From the IMG/VR virus record IMGVR_UViG_3300045988_022742, positions 1 through 37,380 of that record: a stretch of 37,380 nt of DNA; one strand, written 5' to 3'. Below, in pieces: positions 1-6,378 of this stretch. Positions within the stretch are counted from its first letter, which is position 1; each line of letters begins with the position of its first letter. The translations under genes and the position numbers were made by a program. The notes under the pieces are model-generated. The model was not told where the DNA came from. It ran no database searches and saw only the letters and a program-made list of their open reading frames with translations. Origin of the DNA: a virus.

Positions 1-31
1 TTTCTTTTCCTCCTATTAAACAAATTCAATA

Positions 32-64
32 TTATTCATTTAAACAGCTACAACATCGCTTCAT
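32..64 (-). CDS. Possible 10-aa Cys-rich leader peptide MKRCCSCLNE
   Basis: ATG at 64 lies 7 nt after GGAGGT and downstream of a consensus promoter. It is followed by a second SD (RC of 5-13) for a gene starting beyond the left edge. Confidence 0.2.
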   Translation of the reverse strand: MKRCCSCLNE

Positions 65-105
65 AATCAGTACCTCCGCTTACTATTCCTAGTAACTTTA
101 TAGGC

Positions 106-134
106 ATTATAGGAGTTTGGCTTCCCATTGTCAA
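106..134 (-). promoter_or_regulatory. Consensus sigma-A-type promoter TTGACA-17 nt-TATAAT
   Basis: RC of 129-134 is TTGACA and RC of 106-111 is TATAAT, with an exact 17-nt spacer. Confidence 0.6.
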
Positions 135-161
135 CAAAAAATGATAGAAATTCATCTATCA

Positions 162-575
162 CTAATCCAATAATTCTATCCCATACTCCATCAAACACTC
201 ATTGGCTTCATACACACACTTATGATTTTCAATACAATAGATCAATAGTGCATCTCTTTTTACCTTTGGATACAACATCCCATTATTCGATAACGATAAT
301 AAGTTATTTGTCATACGCAAATCCAATCCTAAAGCTAAACTTAACTGAATCACCTTATCTTTATTAGGAACCTTGGATCCATCAAATATTTGATACCCAT
401 AATTCCTTTGAATCGTTGTCTTCGATAAAACTTGTGCCTTAGTTACATGTTTAATTTCTAATATGTGATTTAAATACTGTGAAAAAGTTAAATTATCTAG
501 ACTTTCCATTAAAGTATTTAAACCATCACTCTTTGTTTCTTGAATTGTTTTTAATAATTGATTTGTCTCTGCCAT
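162..575 (-). CDS. XRE-like helix-turn-helix regulator (137 aa from MAETNQ; a GVG-free alternative is GTG at 593)
   Basis: ORF track. HTH-like segment KAQVLSKTTIQRNYGYQIFDGSKVPNKDKVIQLSLALGL. Neither candidate start has a clear SD. Confidence 0.6.
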   Translation of the reverse strand: MAETNQLLKTIQETKSDGLNTLMESLDNLTFSQYLNHILEIKHVTKAQVLSKTTIQRNYGYQIFDGSKVPNKDKVIQLSLALGLDLRMTNNLLSLSNNGMLYPKVKRDALLIYCIENHKCVYEANECLMEYGIELLD

Positions 576-699
576 AATACTTATAATATACACATTTTAA
601 AGAATAATGTTTCCATGTGTTGTTGTGTATTATCTCGTGTTGCTACATGCCTTTTTATGATGATATTTTTAATTTAAAATATGCCAAAAAATATGCCAA

Positions 700-728
700 T
701 AAAAAAGCGTACTTCATTTGTACGCTTA
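700..728 (-). terminator. Rho-independent terminator
   Basis: - strand reads AAGCGTAC-AAATGAA-GTACGCTT followed by TTTTTT. It overlaps the stop codon of 726-905. Confidence 0.7.
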
Positions 729-905
729 TTTCATTCTTGTTAACAATTCTTTTTTTACCATTTTCAATTCTGCTTCGTTTAGTTCTGTGGGATTTGTAAT
801 ACTTTTACGATTTAACCCACTGTGAATGATTACTATCTCTTTATTGCCCATTTTCTTAATATTTCTTTCAAAGTTTTTTAATTTTTCCATTTCTTGTTTT
901 GTCAT
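726..905 (-). CDS. Hypothetical 59-aa protein (MTKQEMEKLKNFERNIKKMG...)
   Basis: Hand-translated ORF below the track cutoff. AGGAGGA lies 8 nt before the ATG. It has its own promoter and terminator. Confidence 0.6.
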   Translation of the reverse strand: MTKQEMEKLKNFERNIKKMGNKEIVIIHSGLNRKSITNPTELNEAELKMVKKELLTRMK

Positions 906-933
906 TTCTTGTTTCCTCCTGTGTACCTTAAGT

Positions 934-967
934 ACATATATAGTATAGCATACATGTATATACGTGT
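934..967 (-). repeat. 34-bp repeat copy A (promoter/operator), 33/34 identical to 2284-2317
   Basis: acatatatagtatagcatacatgtatatacgtgt compared with acatatatagtatagcatacacgtatatacgtgt. Confidence 0.9.
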
Positions 968-970
968 AAA
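942..970 (-). promoter_or_regulatory. Promoter TTTACA-17-TATACT with a near-palindromic operator (952-967)
   Basis: RC of 965-970 is TTTACA and RC of 942-947 is TATACT, with a 17-nt spacer containing ACACGTATATACATGT. Confidence 0.65.
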
Positions 971-977
971 GAACTTT

Positions 978-1008
978 TAAAGAAAACAGACTATTTTTTT
1001 TTAGTCTG
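978..1008 (-). terminator. Rho-independent terminator
   Basis: - strand reads CAGACTA-A8-TAGTCTG followed by TTTTCTTT. It overlaps the end of 991-1173. Confidence 0.6.
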
Positions 1009-1173
1009 CATATCTTTTCTGATTAATTCTTTAATGTACCCCATTTTAGAATCAACCTCATCAAGTTTCTTTATGATGTCTGCGTCCGTGTTGTAGCTTA
1101 AACGAACGCAAATCATCTTTGTATTAATCTTATTCGATTTGTTGTTAGCTCTAATCTTTGCTTCTGAAGCCAC
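991..1173 (-). CDS. Small ribbon-helix-helix-like (CopG/Arc-type) protein
   Basis: GTG start 7 nt after AGGAGGA. The segment MICVRLSYNTDADIIKKLDEVDSKMGYIKELIRKD resembles an RHH beta-alpha-alpha motif. Confidence 0.5.
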   Translation of the reverse strand: MASEAKIRANNKSNKINTKMICVRLSYNTDADIIKKLDEVDSKMGYIKELIRKDMQTKKK

Positions 1174-1185
1174 TTACAATTCCTC

Positions 1186-1479
1186 CTAATACCATTCATC
1201 ATCTTCATCAAATTCATTTGCAAATTCAAATGTTTTCCCATTCTCTTCAAATACTGCAATTTCATATTGTCCGACATACAGTTTATCAAGCTTCCAATTT
1301 CGTACAAATCTAAGCTCGCAACTATTTCGATACGTGTCAACTAATTCAGAAATATTCAAGATTTCATATCCACAATCAATAGCTTTCTGTTCATCTTCCA
1401 TGTCCTCGATTATGTAAATCTTATGACATCCATCATATGCAAATTTATTTCCAACTACCTCAACATTATTAATTTTCAT
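1186..1479 (-). CDS. Hypothetical 97-aa protein with an acidic C-terminus (start MKINNVEV)
   Basis: AGGAGGA precedes the internal ATG at 1479. The longer track start has no SD. Confidence 0.65.
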   Translation of the reverse strand: MKINNVEVVGNKFAYDGCHKIYIIEDMEDEQKAIDCGYEILNISELVDTYRNSCELRFVRNWKLDKLYVGQYEIAVFEENGKTFEFANEFDEDDEWY

Positions 1480-1492
1480 TTCTTGCGTCCTC

Positions 1493-1696
1493 CTATTCGC
1501 TATACATAAATGCGAAACTATCACTAATCTTTTCTTTTCTTTCAATGTAACCAATTAAGAAATCCCATTGCCTGCAAGATATTACATCATCCTTGTAATA
1601 TCTTCCTACAATTTCTTTTAGTTCTTCTTCGCTAACTGTATCCATCTTTTCATTTACTTCTTTACATACGTTTTGCAATTGTTTTAAATTTGTCAT
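1493..1696 (-). CDS. Hypothetical 67-aa protein
   Basis: ORF track. SD is TAGGAGGAAC. Confidence 0.65.
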   Translation of the reverse strand: MTNLKQLQNVCKEVNEKMDTVSEEELKEIVGRYYKDDVISCRQWDFLIGYIERKEKISDSFAFMYSE

Positions 1697-1713
1697 CTTG
1701 TGTTCCTCCTAAA

Positions 1714-1959
1714 TTATTCAATTGTGATTTTCTTTCCAAAAATATCGTTGTATCTGTTACTACTAGAATACCACTTATCATTAAACATATCATAATATTT
1801 TACGATTAAAGGATTCTTTTTTCCTGTAACAATATGAACATAATCCATATTACTTGGCATAGAATGGACATATTCGTCCATTCTATTTTTAAGACTTGTC
1901 AATGAGTTGCTTTTGTCAACAACTTCTCCTTGCATTACTGCATAATATTTAAATGTCAT
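1714..1959 (-). CDS. Hypothetical 81-aa protein
   Basis: ORF track. SD is TAGGAGGGTAC. Confidence 0.65.
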   Translation of the reverse strand: MTFKYYAVMQGEVVDKSNSLTSLKNRMDEYVHSMPSNMDYVHIVTGKKNPLIVKYYDMFNDKWYSSSNRYNDIFGKKITIE

Positions 1960-1983
1960 TTCTTGTACCCTCCTATATATGTA

Positions 1984-2073
1984 TTACTTAATAAGCCAAA
2001 CAACTAATAATATAATTGCTAATACAATTACAATCACATCTAAAATCATTTTAACTTTTTGTAGTCTTTCCAT
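1984..2073 (-). CDS. 29-aa hydrophobic peptide MERLQKVKMILDVIVIVLAIILLVVWLIK (type I toxin-like or small membrane peptide)
   Basis: Hand-translated. AAAGGAGGAAC lies 8 nt before the ATG. Single predicted TM helix. Confidence 0.5.
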   Translation of the reverse strand: MERLQKVKMILDVIVIVLAIILLVVWLIK

Positions 2074-2113
2074 TTCTTGTTCCTCCTTTTATGTGGTACA
2101 ATGAAGTAAAGAG

Positions 2114-2133
2114 TTAGGGAATTAATTCCCTAA
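2114..2133. repeat. Perfect 20-bp palindrome TTAGGGAATTAATTCCCTAA
   Basis: Read directly. It overlaps the stop codon of 2122-2244. As RNA it would form an 8-bp hairpin followed by CUCUUUACUU. Confidence 0.85.
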
Positions 2134-2244
2134 GCTCTTTATAATCGTTATTGCAAATGCGAGTATTTCAATAACATTTTTAGCAATCTCTAAGTAGACA
2201 CTGACCTTTTCTGCTTTCTGATTGCTTTTTTTCTTTGTTTTCAT
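2122..2244 (-). CDS. 40-aa peptide MKTKKKSNQKAEKVSVYLEIAKNVIEILAFAITIIKSLGN
   Basis: Hand-translated. TAGGAGGT lies 5 nt before the ATG. It is the first gene after promoter 2292-2320. Confidence 0.5.
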   Translation of the reverse strand: MKTKKKSNQKAEKVSVYLEIAKNVIEILAFAITIIKSLGN

Positions 2245-2283
2245 GTTTAACCTCCTAAAACAAATATCCTTGTCTTTCTGACC

Positions 2284-2317
2284 ACATATATAGTATAGCA
2301 TACACGTATATACGTGT
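2284..2317 (-). repeat. 34-bp repeat copy B containing the perfect 16-bp palindrome ACACGTATATACGTGT (2302-2317)
   Basis: Read directly. It pairs with 934-967. Confidence 0.9.
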
Positions 2318-2320
2318 CAA
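2292..2320 (-). promoter_or_regulatory. Consensus promoter TTGACA-17-TATACT overlapped by a palindromic operator
   Basis: RC of 2315-2320 is TTGACA and RC of 2292-2297 is TATACT, with a 17-nt spacer. Confidence 0.7.
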
Positions 2321-2333
2321 TGTTTTTTTTAGG

Positions 2334-2404
2334 AAAATAAAAAAAGCCCTGTATAAACAGAGCTACCATAAATTAATATCAAAATGAATATTAACCTCAA
2401 AGCC
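2334..2404 (-). ncRNA. Candidate ~65-70-nt small RNA (extended -10 promoter to intrinsic terminator)
   Basis: TGCTATAAT (RC of 2411-2419) lies upstream. An internal hairpin TTAATAT/ATATTAA is present. The terminator GCTCTG-TTTATA-CAGGGC plus TTTTTTTATTTT lies at 2334-2363. No ORF with an SD. Confidence 0.35.
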
Positions 2405-2409
2405 ATATA

Positions 2410-2427
2410 AATTATAGCACATAAAAG
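2410..2427 (-). repeat. 18-bp direct repeat aattatagcacataaaag (copy 1), carrying TGCTATAAT on the - strand
   Basis: Identical to 3277-3294. The two copies bracket the endolysin gene. Confidence 0.9.
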
Positions 2428-2454
2428 CAAAGACCGTACAGAATTATACGGTCT
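2421..2454 (-). terminator. Rho-independent terminator after the endolysin
   Basis: - strand reads AGACCGTA-TAATTCTG-TACGGTCT followed by TTGCTTTTAT. Confidence 0.7.
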
Positions 2455-2490
2455 AATATACGAAAAATAGTTGAAGGTTTTATATTTAAT

Positions 2491-3252
2491 TTATGCTACT
2501 TCAATTAATGGGTCACAATTTACCCAAATTCCACCGATTTTTGCAAGGTTCTTTTGCACATTGACTTCATCAACACGAATTCTTGTAACATAGACAACGG
2601 CATTTGTTGTATGCAATACGTTATCATTATATCCATCAGAATAGCGAACTTTGTCAACCATACGAATTGGAAACCAACCACCTAATTGTGCAAGGTATGC
2701 GCATAAATCGCCATTGATTTGTTTCAATCCTTGATTGCCAATCTTCATTTGTACGGATGTTACGTAGCTTCCTGCGTGCAAGATTTGGTCAATTGCTTCT
2801 ACAGGTTGTGGAATGCTTGGTTTAACTGCTCCTGTGTTTGCGAAACATTTAGGTCTAAACGCAGTATCAAATGTTGCATAATAAGGTAATTTAATTAAAT
2901 TGAATGCTCCACCTTTTCCACCTTGGTTTTGACCTAAGAACCATCCTTGCTTTCCGTCAATATCAGAATCAAAGATTGCGATATGTGAGTATGGAGTCCA
3001 TCCTGCTACTTCTTTAAATACCGCAATGTCTCCCGGTTGCATGATTGAGACTTCATTACAATAGTTCAAGATACCATTTGTTTTTCGATTGTTCCAAATG
3101 TCCTTAACAAAGCTACTTGTTGTGCAATGGATAGCTTGATAGCCTAAATCAATCATGTACTTTGCGAATCCGTCCCAACATTGAGCACCATAGTATCCGT
3201 CAATGTCGAAAGCTTTGCCTAATACGGCTTTTTTGAAATTTTGATAATTTAT
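2491..3252 (-). CDS. Endolysin, N-terminal CHAP peptidase plus C-terminal SH3b-like wall-binding domain (253 aa from ATA at 3252)
   Basis: The catalytic motif GAQCWD and the later SHIAIF His motif fit a CHAP domain. The Cys lies upstream of the first ATG (3156). The frame is open from 3267 with no ATG/GTG/TTG. ATA lies 8 nt after AAGGAGGA. Confidence 0.8.
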   Translation of the reverse strand: MNYQNFKKAVLGKAFDIDGYYGAQCWDGFAKYMIDLGYQAIHCTTSSFVKDIWNNRKTNGILNYCNEVSIMQPGDIAVFKEVAGWTPYSHIAIFDSDIDGKQGWFLGQNQGGKGGAFNLIKLPYYATFDTAFRPKCFANTGAVKPSIPQPVEAIDQILHAGSYVTSVQMKIGNQGLKQINGDLCAYLAQLGGWFPIRMVDKVRYSDGYNDNVLHTTNAVVYVTRIRVDEVNVQKNLAKIGGIWVNCDPLIEVA

Positions 3253-3276
3253 TAAAAAAATCCTCCTTTATGTACC

Positions 3277-3294
3277 AATTATAGCACATAAAAG
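3277..3294 (-). repeat. 18-bp direct repeat copy 2 (candidate extended -10 promoter TGCTATAAT ahead of the endolysin)
   Basis: Identical to 2410-2427. Confidence 0.9.
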
Positions 3295-3304
3295 AGGTTT
3301 TTTA

Positions 3305-3742
3305 TCACTGATATACTGAGAACATTTCTCTTAATTTATCTCTTACCATTTCTCTTTCTTCTTGAAAGTCGCTAGACGTTTTCATTTCTTCTAAGATTCC
3401 ATACATAGCACTAAGAAAAGCTTCTAACTCACGAATAGATGTTCGTTTATCAATTTCATTGTTATCTTTTCGATATTCTTTTTTTGCTTCTATGTATTTT
3501 CTAAAATGAGAATTCATTAATGCGATATTATCATCAATTTCCGTTTCTTCAATATTTGTATCATTTGTTTTTAATGCGTTTATAGCAGTTCTTCCATCAC
3601 TCATAGCCAATATTGTATCAATGTCTTTGATATTGTCTAAAGCTTGACTCATAACTCTAAAGTCTAAATCATTGTATCCTTTTTCTAGTCCTCTCATTGC
3701 TTCTGTTAAGAGGTCTAGATTCCTTTTTCTAACCTCTTGCAT
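3305..3742 (-). CDS. Hypothetical helical/acidic 145-aa protein (cargo operon gene 5)
   Basis: ORF track. SD AGGTG lies 4 nt before the ATG. Confidence 0.7.
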   Translation of the reverse strand: MQEVRKRNLDLLTEAMRGLEKGYNDLDFRVMSQALDNIKDIDTILAMSDGRTAINALKTNDTNIEETEIDDNIALMNSHFRKYIEAKKEYRKDNNEIDKRTSIRELEAFLSAMYGILEEMKTSSDFQEEREMVRDKLREMFSVYQ

Positions 3743-3749
3743 GATACAC

Positions 3750-4169
3750 CTACGCTAATTTCTTAATGATGATATTTGCATTCTGAACAGATAAATCTAA
3801 GCCACTGTTATTTCCTAATGTAATTGTGTAAGAAGCTCCACAAGGTACTTGAATCAATGTAGCTCCACTAACATTTCCATATGCACTTGCAGTAGCTACA
3901 TTATATAAAGATTCTGTTCCTCCTACTGCTTCTCCATTCTGTTCTAATTCTAAAGAAGCTACTCCTACTGTTGCGCTTGTAATATCTGCCGTATATTCTA
4001 CCTCATAGATTCCTTGTTTTGTTAACGTAAATAATCCACTTCCTACATCATGAGCAAGCCAACCTTTACATGCACATTGGCAAGATTTTGTTCTTACTCT
4101 ATCCGTTGGAAATAATACATTTTGTCCGTTTGCTACTGTCTGTACTGCCGTTGCTATACTATTAATCAT
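3750..4169 (-). CDS. BclA C-terminal-domain-like (C1q/TNF-like beta-sandwich) protein without collagen repeats
   Basis: From memory, the layout parallels the B. anthracis BclA CTD, including the C-terminal ...ANIIIKKLA versus ...ASIIIEKVA. SD is TAGGAGGAAAAG. Confidence 0.55.
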   Translation of the reverse strand: MINSIATAVQTVANGQNVLFPTDRVRTKSCQCACKGWLAHDVGSGLFTLTKQGIYEVEYTADITSATVGVASLELEQNGEAVGGTESLYNVATASAYGNVSGATLIQVPCGASYTITLGNNSGLDLSVQNANIIIKKLA

Positions 4170-4254
4170 TTTCTTTTCCTCCTATATAAAATAAATGGGT
4201 AGCCTTTCGACTACCCTATAATCCAAAGGCTATTATTGCCTAATCTCTTTCGAG

Positions 4255-4866
4255 CTAGATTTGGTTACATCCACAACCTGTCATATTGTATGCATAATAA
4301 GGTGAGCAAGTAAGATATGCAGGCTTTGGCGTTGGTTGCAATGTATTAATGATATTTGCAGATTGTGCCTGTTGACTTAATTGGAAGTTTGCAGTTAATA
4401 AATCTCGGTCTCTATCTGCTAATTTATCACGCAATTCTTGCATTGTATTTGCATTGATTAACGCTCTTGTTGCTTCGCCTTCTGAGTGAATCGCAGTGGT
4501 AATATCACACGTATTCTTGAAACTCTGTGTATTTACACCATCAATCGCTCTTTGTGTTGCACAACAACATTCTTGATTCTGTTGTCCTAGATTCTGCAAA
4601 CCTAATTGTGTTGTGTATCGGCTTTCTAAAATGTCTCTTGAGTTTTGGAAACCTTGGCTAGATACATTCTGATTTGTGTTGAATAAATCACGCTTAATGA
4701 ATTCTTGATTCATTAATGCATCACTCTGTAGGTTGCCATTGTTACCCCAATTTCCACCAAACAGTAAGAATAAAAGGATAATCCAAATCCAATATCCTCC
4801 ACCAAATTCATTGTTGTTTCTGTCTGCTAAATCGTACATTGGTTGAATACCATTCATGCTTTCCAT
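4255..4866 (-). CDS. Membrane-anchored Cys-rich coiled-coil protein (203 aa)
   Basis: Gly-flanked TM segment GGGYWIWIILLFLLFGGNWG (YjcZ-like style), a CCC motif, and a C-terminal CSPYYAYNMTGCGC. SD is AAAGGAGGAAAT. Confidence 0.7.
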   Translation of the reverse strand: MESMNGIQPMYDLADRNNNEFGGGYWIWIILLFLLFGGNWGNNGNLQSDALMNQEFIKRDLFNTNQNVSSQGFQNSRDILESRYTTQLGLQNLGQQNQECCCATQRAIDGVNTQSFKNTCDITTAIHSEGEATRALINANTMQELRDKLADRDRDLLTANFQLSQQAQSANIINTLQPTPKPAYLTCSPYYAYNMTGCGCNQI

Positions 4867-4890
4867 TTATATTTCCTCCTTTCAACGCAA

Positions 4891-5100
4891 TTAGCGTTTT
4901 AGCCCATATTGATTTGCCACGTTTTCAAACTGTTGTTTTTGTTGTGGCGTTAACTGCCCCATCATATTGTTAAGCAATACTTGGGGATTCTGCCCACTCT
5001 GCATTAATTGTTGAACTTGATTAAATGCTTGTGGATTTCTTTGTTGTAACATACCCAACAACATCTGTTGAGGGTTCATCATATTCATTAAAGGATTCAC
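4891..5100 (-). CDS. Q/N/M-rich 69-aa protein
   Basis: GTG start 7 nt after AAGGAGC. Low-complexity NPQ repeats. Confidence 0.6.
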   Translation of the reverse strand: MNPLMNMMNPQQMLLGMLQQRNPQAFNQVQQLMQSGQNPQVLLNNMMGQLTPQQKQQFENVANQYGLKR

Positions 5101-5522
5101 GCTTTAAGCTCCTTTCTAGGCGTTTCTTTTTCTACCTTTGTATTTATATTATTTCCGTCTTTTAGACCTAATATCATAGCTTCTAGCTTGTCTAAGCGTT
5201 GTTCTATGTTATCTTTCTTCGGCTCTGTTTCTTCTTGGAATCTGTATTTCTTGAAACTGCCATCTAATGACTTCATATAGAATACTGAATCATTTCTATC
5301 TAGCATAATACTAGGCAAACCATTTACCATCATATTCCTTGCTTCTTGTTCATTATTGACCCATTTTCCATTAAAATCATTTAATCCCATGTTAGGCGTG
5401 ATTTGGTTATTGATGTTAATAGGTGGAATATTAGCTAATTGTTGAATGTTTTGTAACTGCGATTCAATCATCTGCTTTTGATTCATTAAATTGTTAATTC
5501 TGTCATTGATTGGATTATACAT
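5097..5522 (-). CDS. Hypothetical 141-aa protein with a Q/N-rich coiled-coil N-terminus (cargo operon gene 1)
   Basis: The ATG at 5522 lies 6 nt after GAGGTG. The track's GTG at 5531 is inside the SD. Confidence 0.65.
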   Translation of the reverse strand: MYNPINDRINNLMNQKQMIESQLQNIQQLANIPPININNQITPNMGLNDFNGKWVNNEQEARNMMVNGLPSIMLDRNDSVFYMKSLDGSFKKYRFQEETEPKKDNIEQRLDKLEAMILGLKDGNNINTKVEKETPRKELKA

Positions 5523-5546
5523 TTCGCTCACCTCTTTACACTCCTA

Positions 5547-5601
5547 ATTATATTCATGAGCAATCTCAATTTGTTTCCACATTAATGTCAAATAAATGTC
5601 A
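5547..5601 (-). promoter_or_regulatory. Candidate promoter region of the cargo operon: tandem TTGACAT boxes (10-bp period) and a TATAAT
   Basis: RC of 5586-5591 and of 5596-5601 is TTGACA. RC of 5547-5552 is TATAAT. The spacing is not canonical for sigma-A. Confidence 0.35.
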
Positions 5602-5627
5602 AAAAAAAGAGGTCTTTCAACCTCTTA
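5600..5627 (-). terminator. Rho-independent terminator after the sigma-r4-like gene
   Basis: - strand reads AAGAGGT-TGAAAG-ACCTCTT followed by TTTTTTTT. Confidence 0.75.
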
Positions 5628-5891
5628 ATTCTTGTCTAGATACATTTCTTTTTCACTGCTTTTTCTTGGTGGTAAAATTGCGCTATATTTCTCTACTTCA
5701 TCATACTTGTTCTTAATCCTTTTAATGATTCTATTTACGCTAGAAACACTCATATTTAATCTGTCGGCTTGTTCTCTAACTGTCCATCCGTATATTCTAG
5801 TTCTTAGAATCATTTCTTCATCTTTAGTTAATAAAGCTAGATTAATAAACTCTTCTAAAATAATCTTATTCCAAGGTACTTGATTCGTCAT
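5625..5891 (-). CDS. Small sigma-70 region-4/LuxR-type HTH protein (88 aa)
   Basis: EEMILRTRIYGWTVREQADRLNMSVSSVNRIIKRIKNKY resembles a region-4 HTH. The gene overlaps the holin 3' end by 26 nt. Confidence 0.55.
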   Translation of the reverse strand: MTNQVPWNKIILEEFINLALLTKDEEMILRTRIYGWTVREQADRLNMSVSSVNRIIKRIKNKYDEVEKYSAILPPRKSSEKEMYLDKN

Positions 5892-6366
5892 TGTCTTCGT
5901 TAACGATTTTATCCGCTACTTCCAAACCTTTAGTTAATACACTAGGCACGCTATATCCACATTGCACAAGGTTCTCAATAATGCTACGCACTTCATTAAT
6001 ACATAAAGAAGCCAATACAAACCAACCTAATAATGTGGTTACATGGAAATCAATCCCTAGCATTTTTCCAATCTCAACCAAGAATGCACTGAATGTGAAC
6101 GCAACTACAATCATAATCCAATAGCCTAGCTTTTTAAGGACTCCAATCCATCCTTTATTGCTATTGATTTTGTGATTAATCGCCGACTTCATGCACCCTG
6201 TAATATAATCCACGACGTTCATAAATAAGAAGAACGCAAATAAATACCAATGCTCACCTAATACGTATGTTAATACGGCAACGGCTACACCACCAATTGC
6301 ATTCATCTTGTGTAGAAAATACATACTTCTTGTTATTTGTTTAAATCCTCCATTTTTCTTTTCTAT
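5866..6366 (-). CDS. Holin, phage_holin_4 (LL-H/TcdE-like) family (166 aa from ATA at 6366)
   Basis: Motifs VDYITG and NEVRSIIENL...GYSVP with several TM segments. The track's GTG (6375) overlaps the SD itself. ATA lies 8 nt after AAGGAG. Confidence 0.75.
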   Translation of the reverse strand: MEKKNGGFKQITRSMYFLHKMNAIGGVAVAVLTYVLGEHWYLFAFFLFMNVVDYITGCMKSAINHKINSNKGWIGVLKKLGYWIMIVVAFTFSAFLVEIGKMLGIDFHVTTLLGWFVLASLCINEVRSIIENLVQCGYSVPSVLTKGLEVADKIVNEDNDESSTLE

Positions 6367-6378
6367 TAAATTCACTCC

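Noticed and set aside
1113-1340. 75-aa - strand ORF overlapping 991-1173 and 1186-1479
   Set aside because: It is out of frame within two genes that each have strong SDs, and it has no SD of its own.
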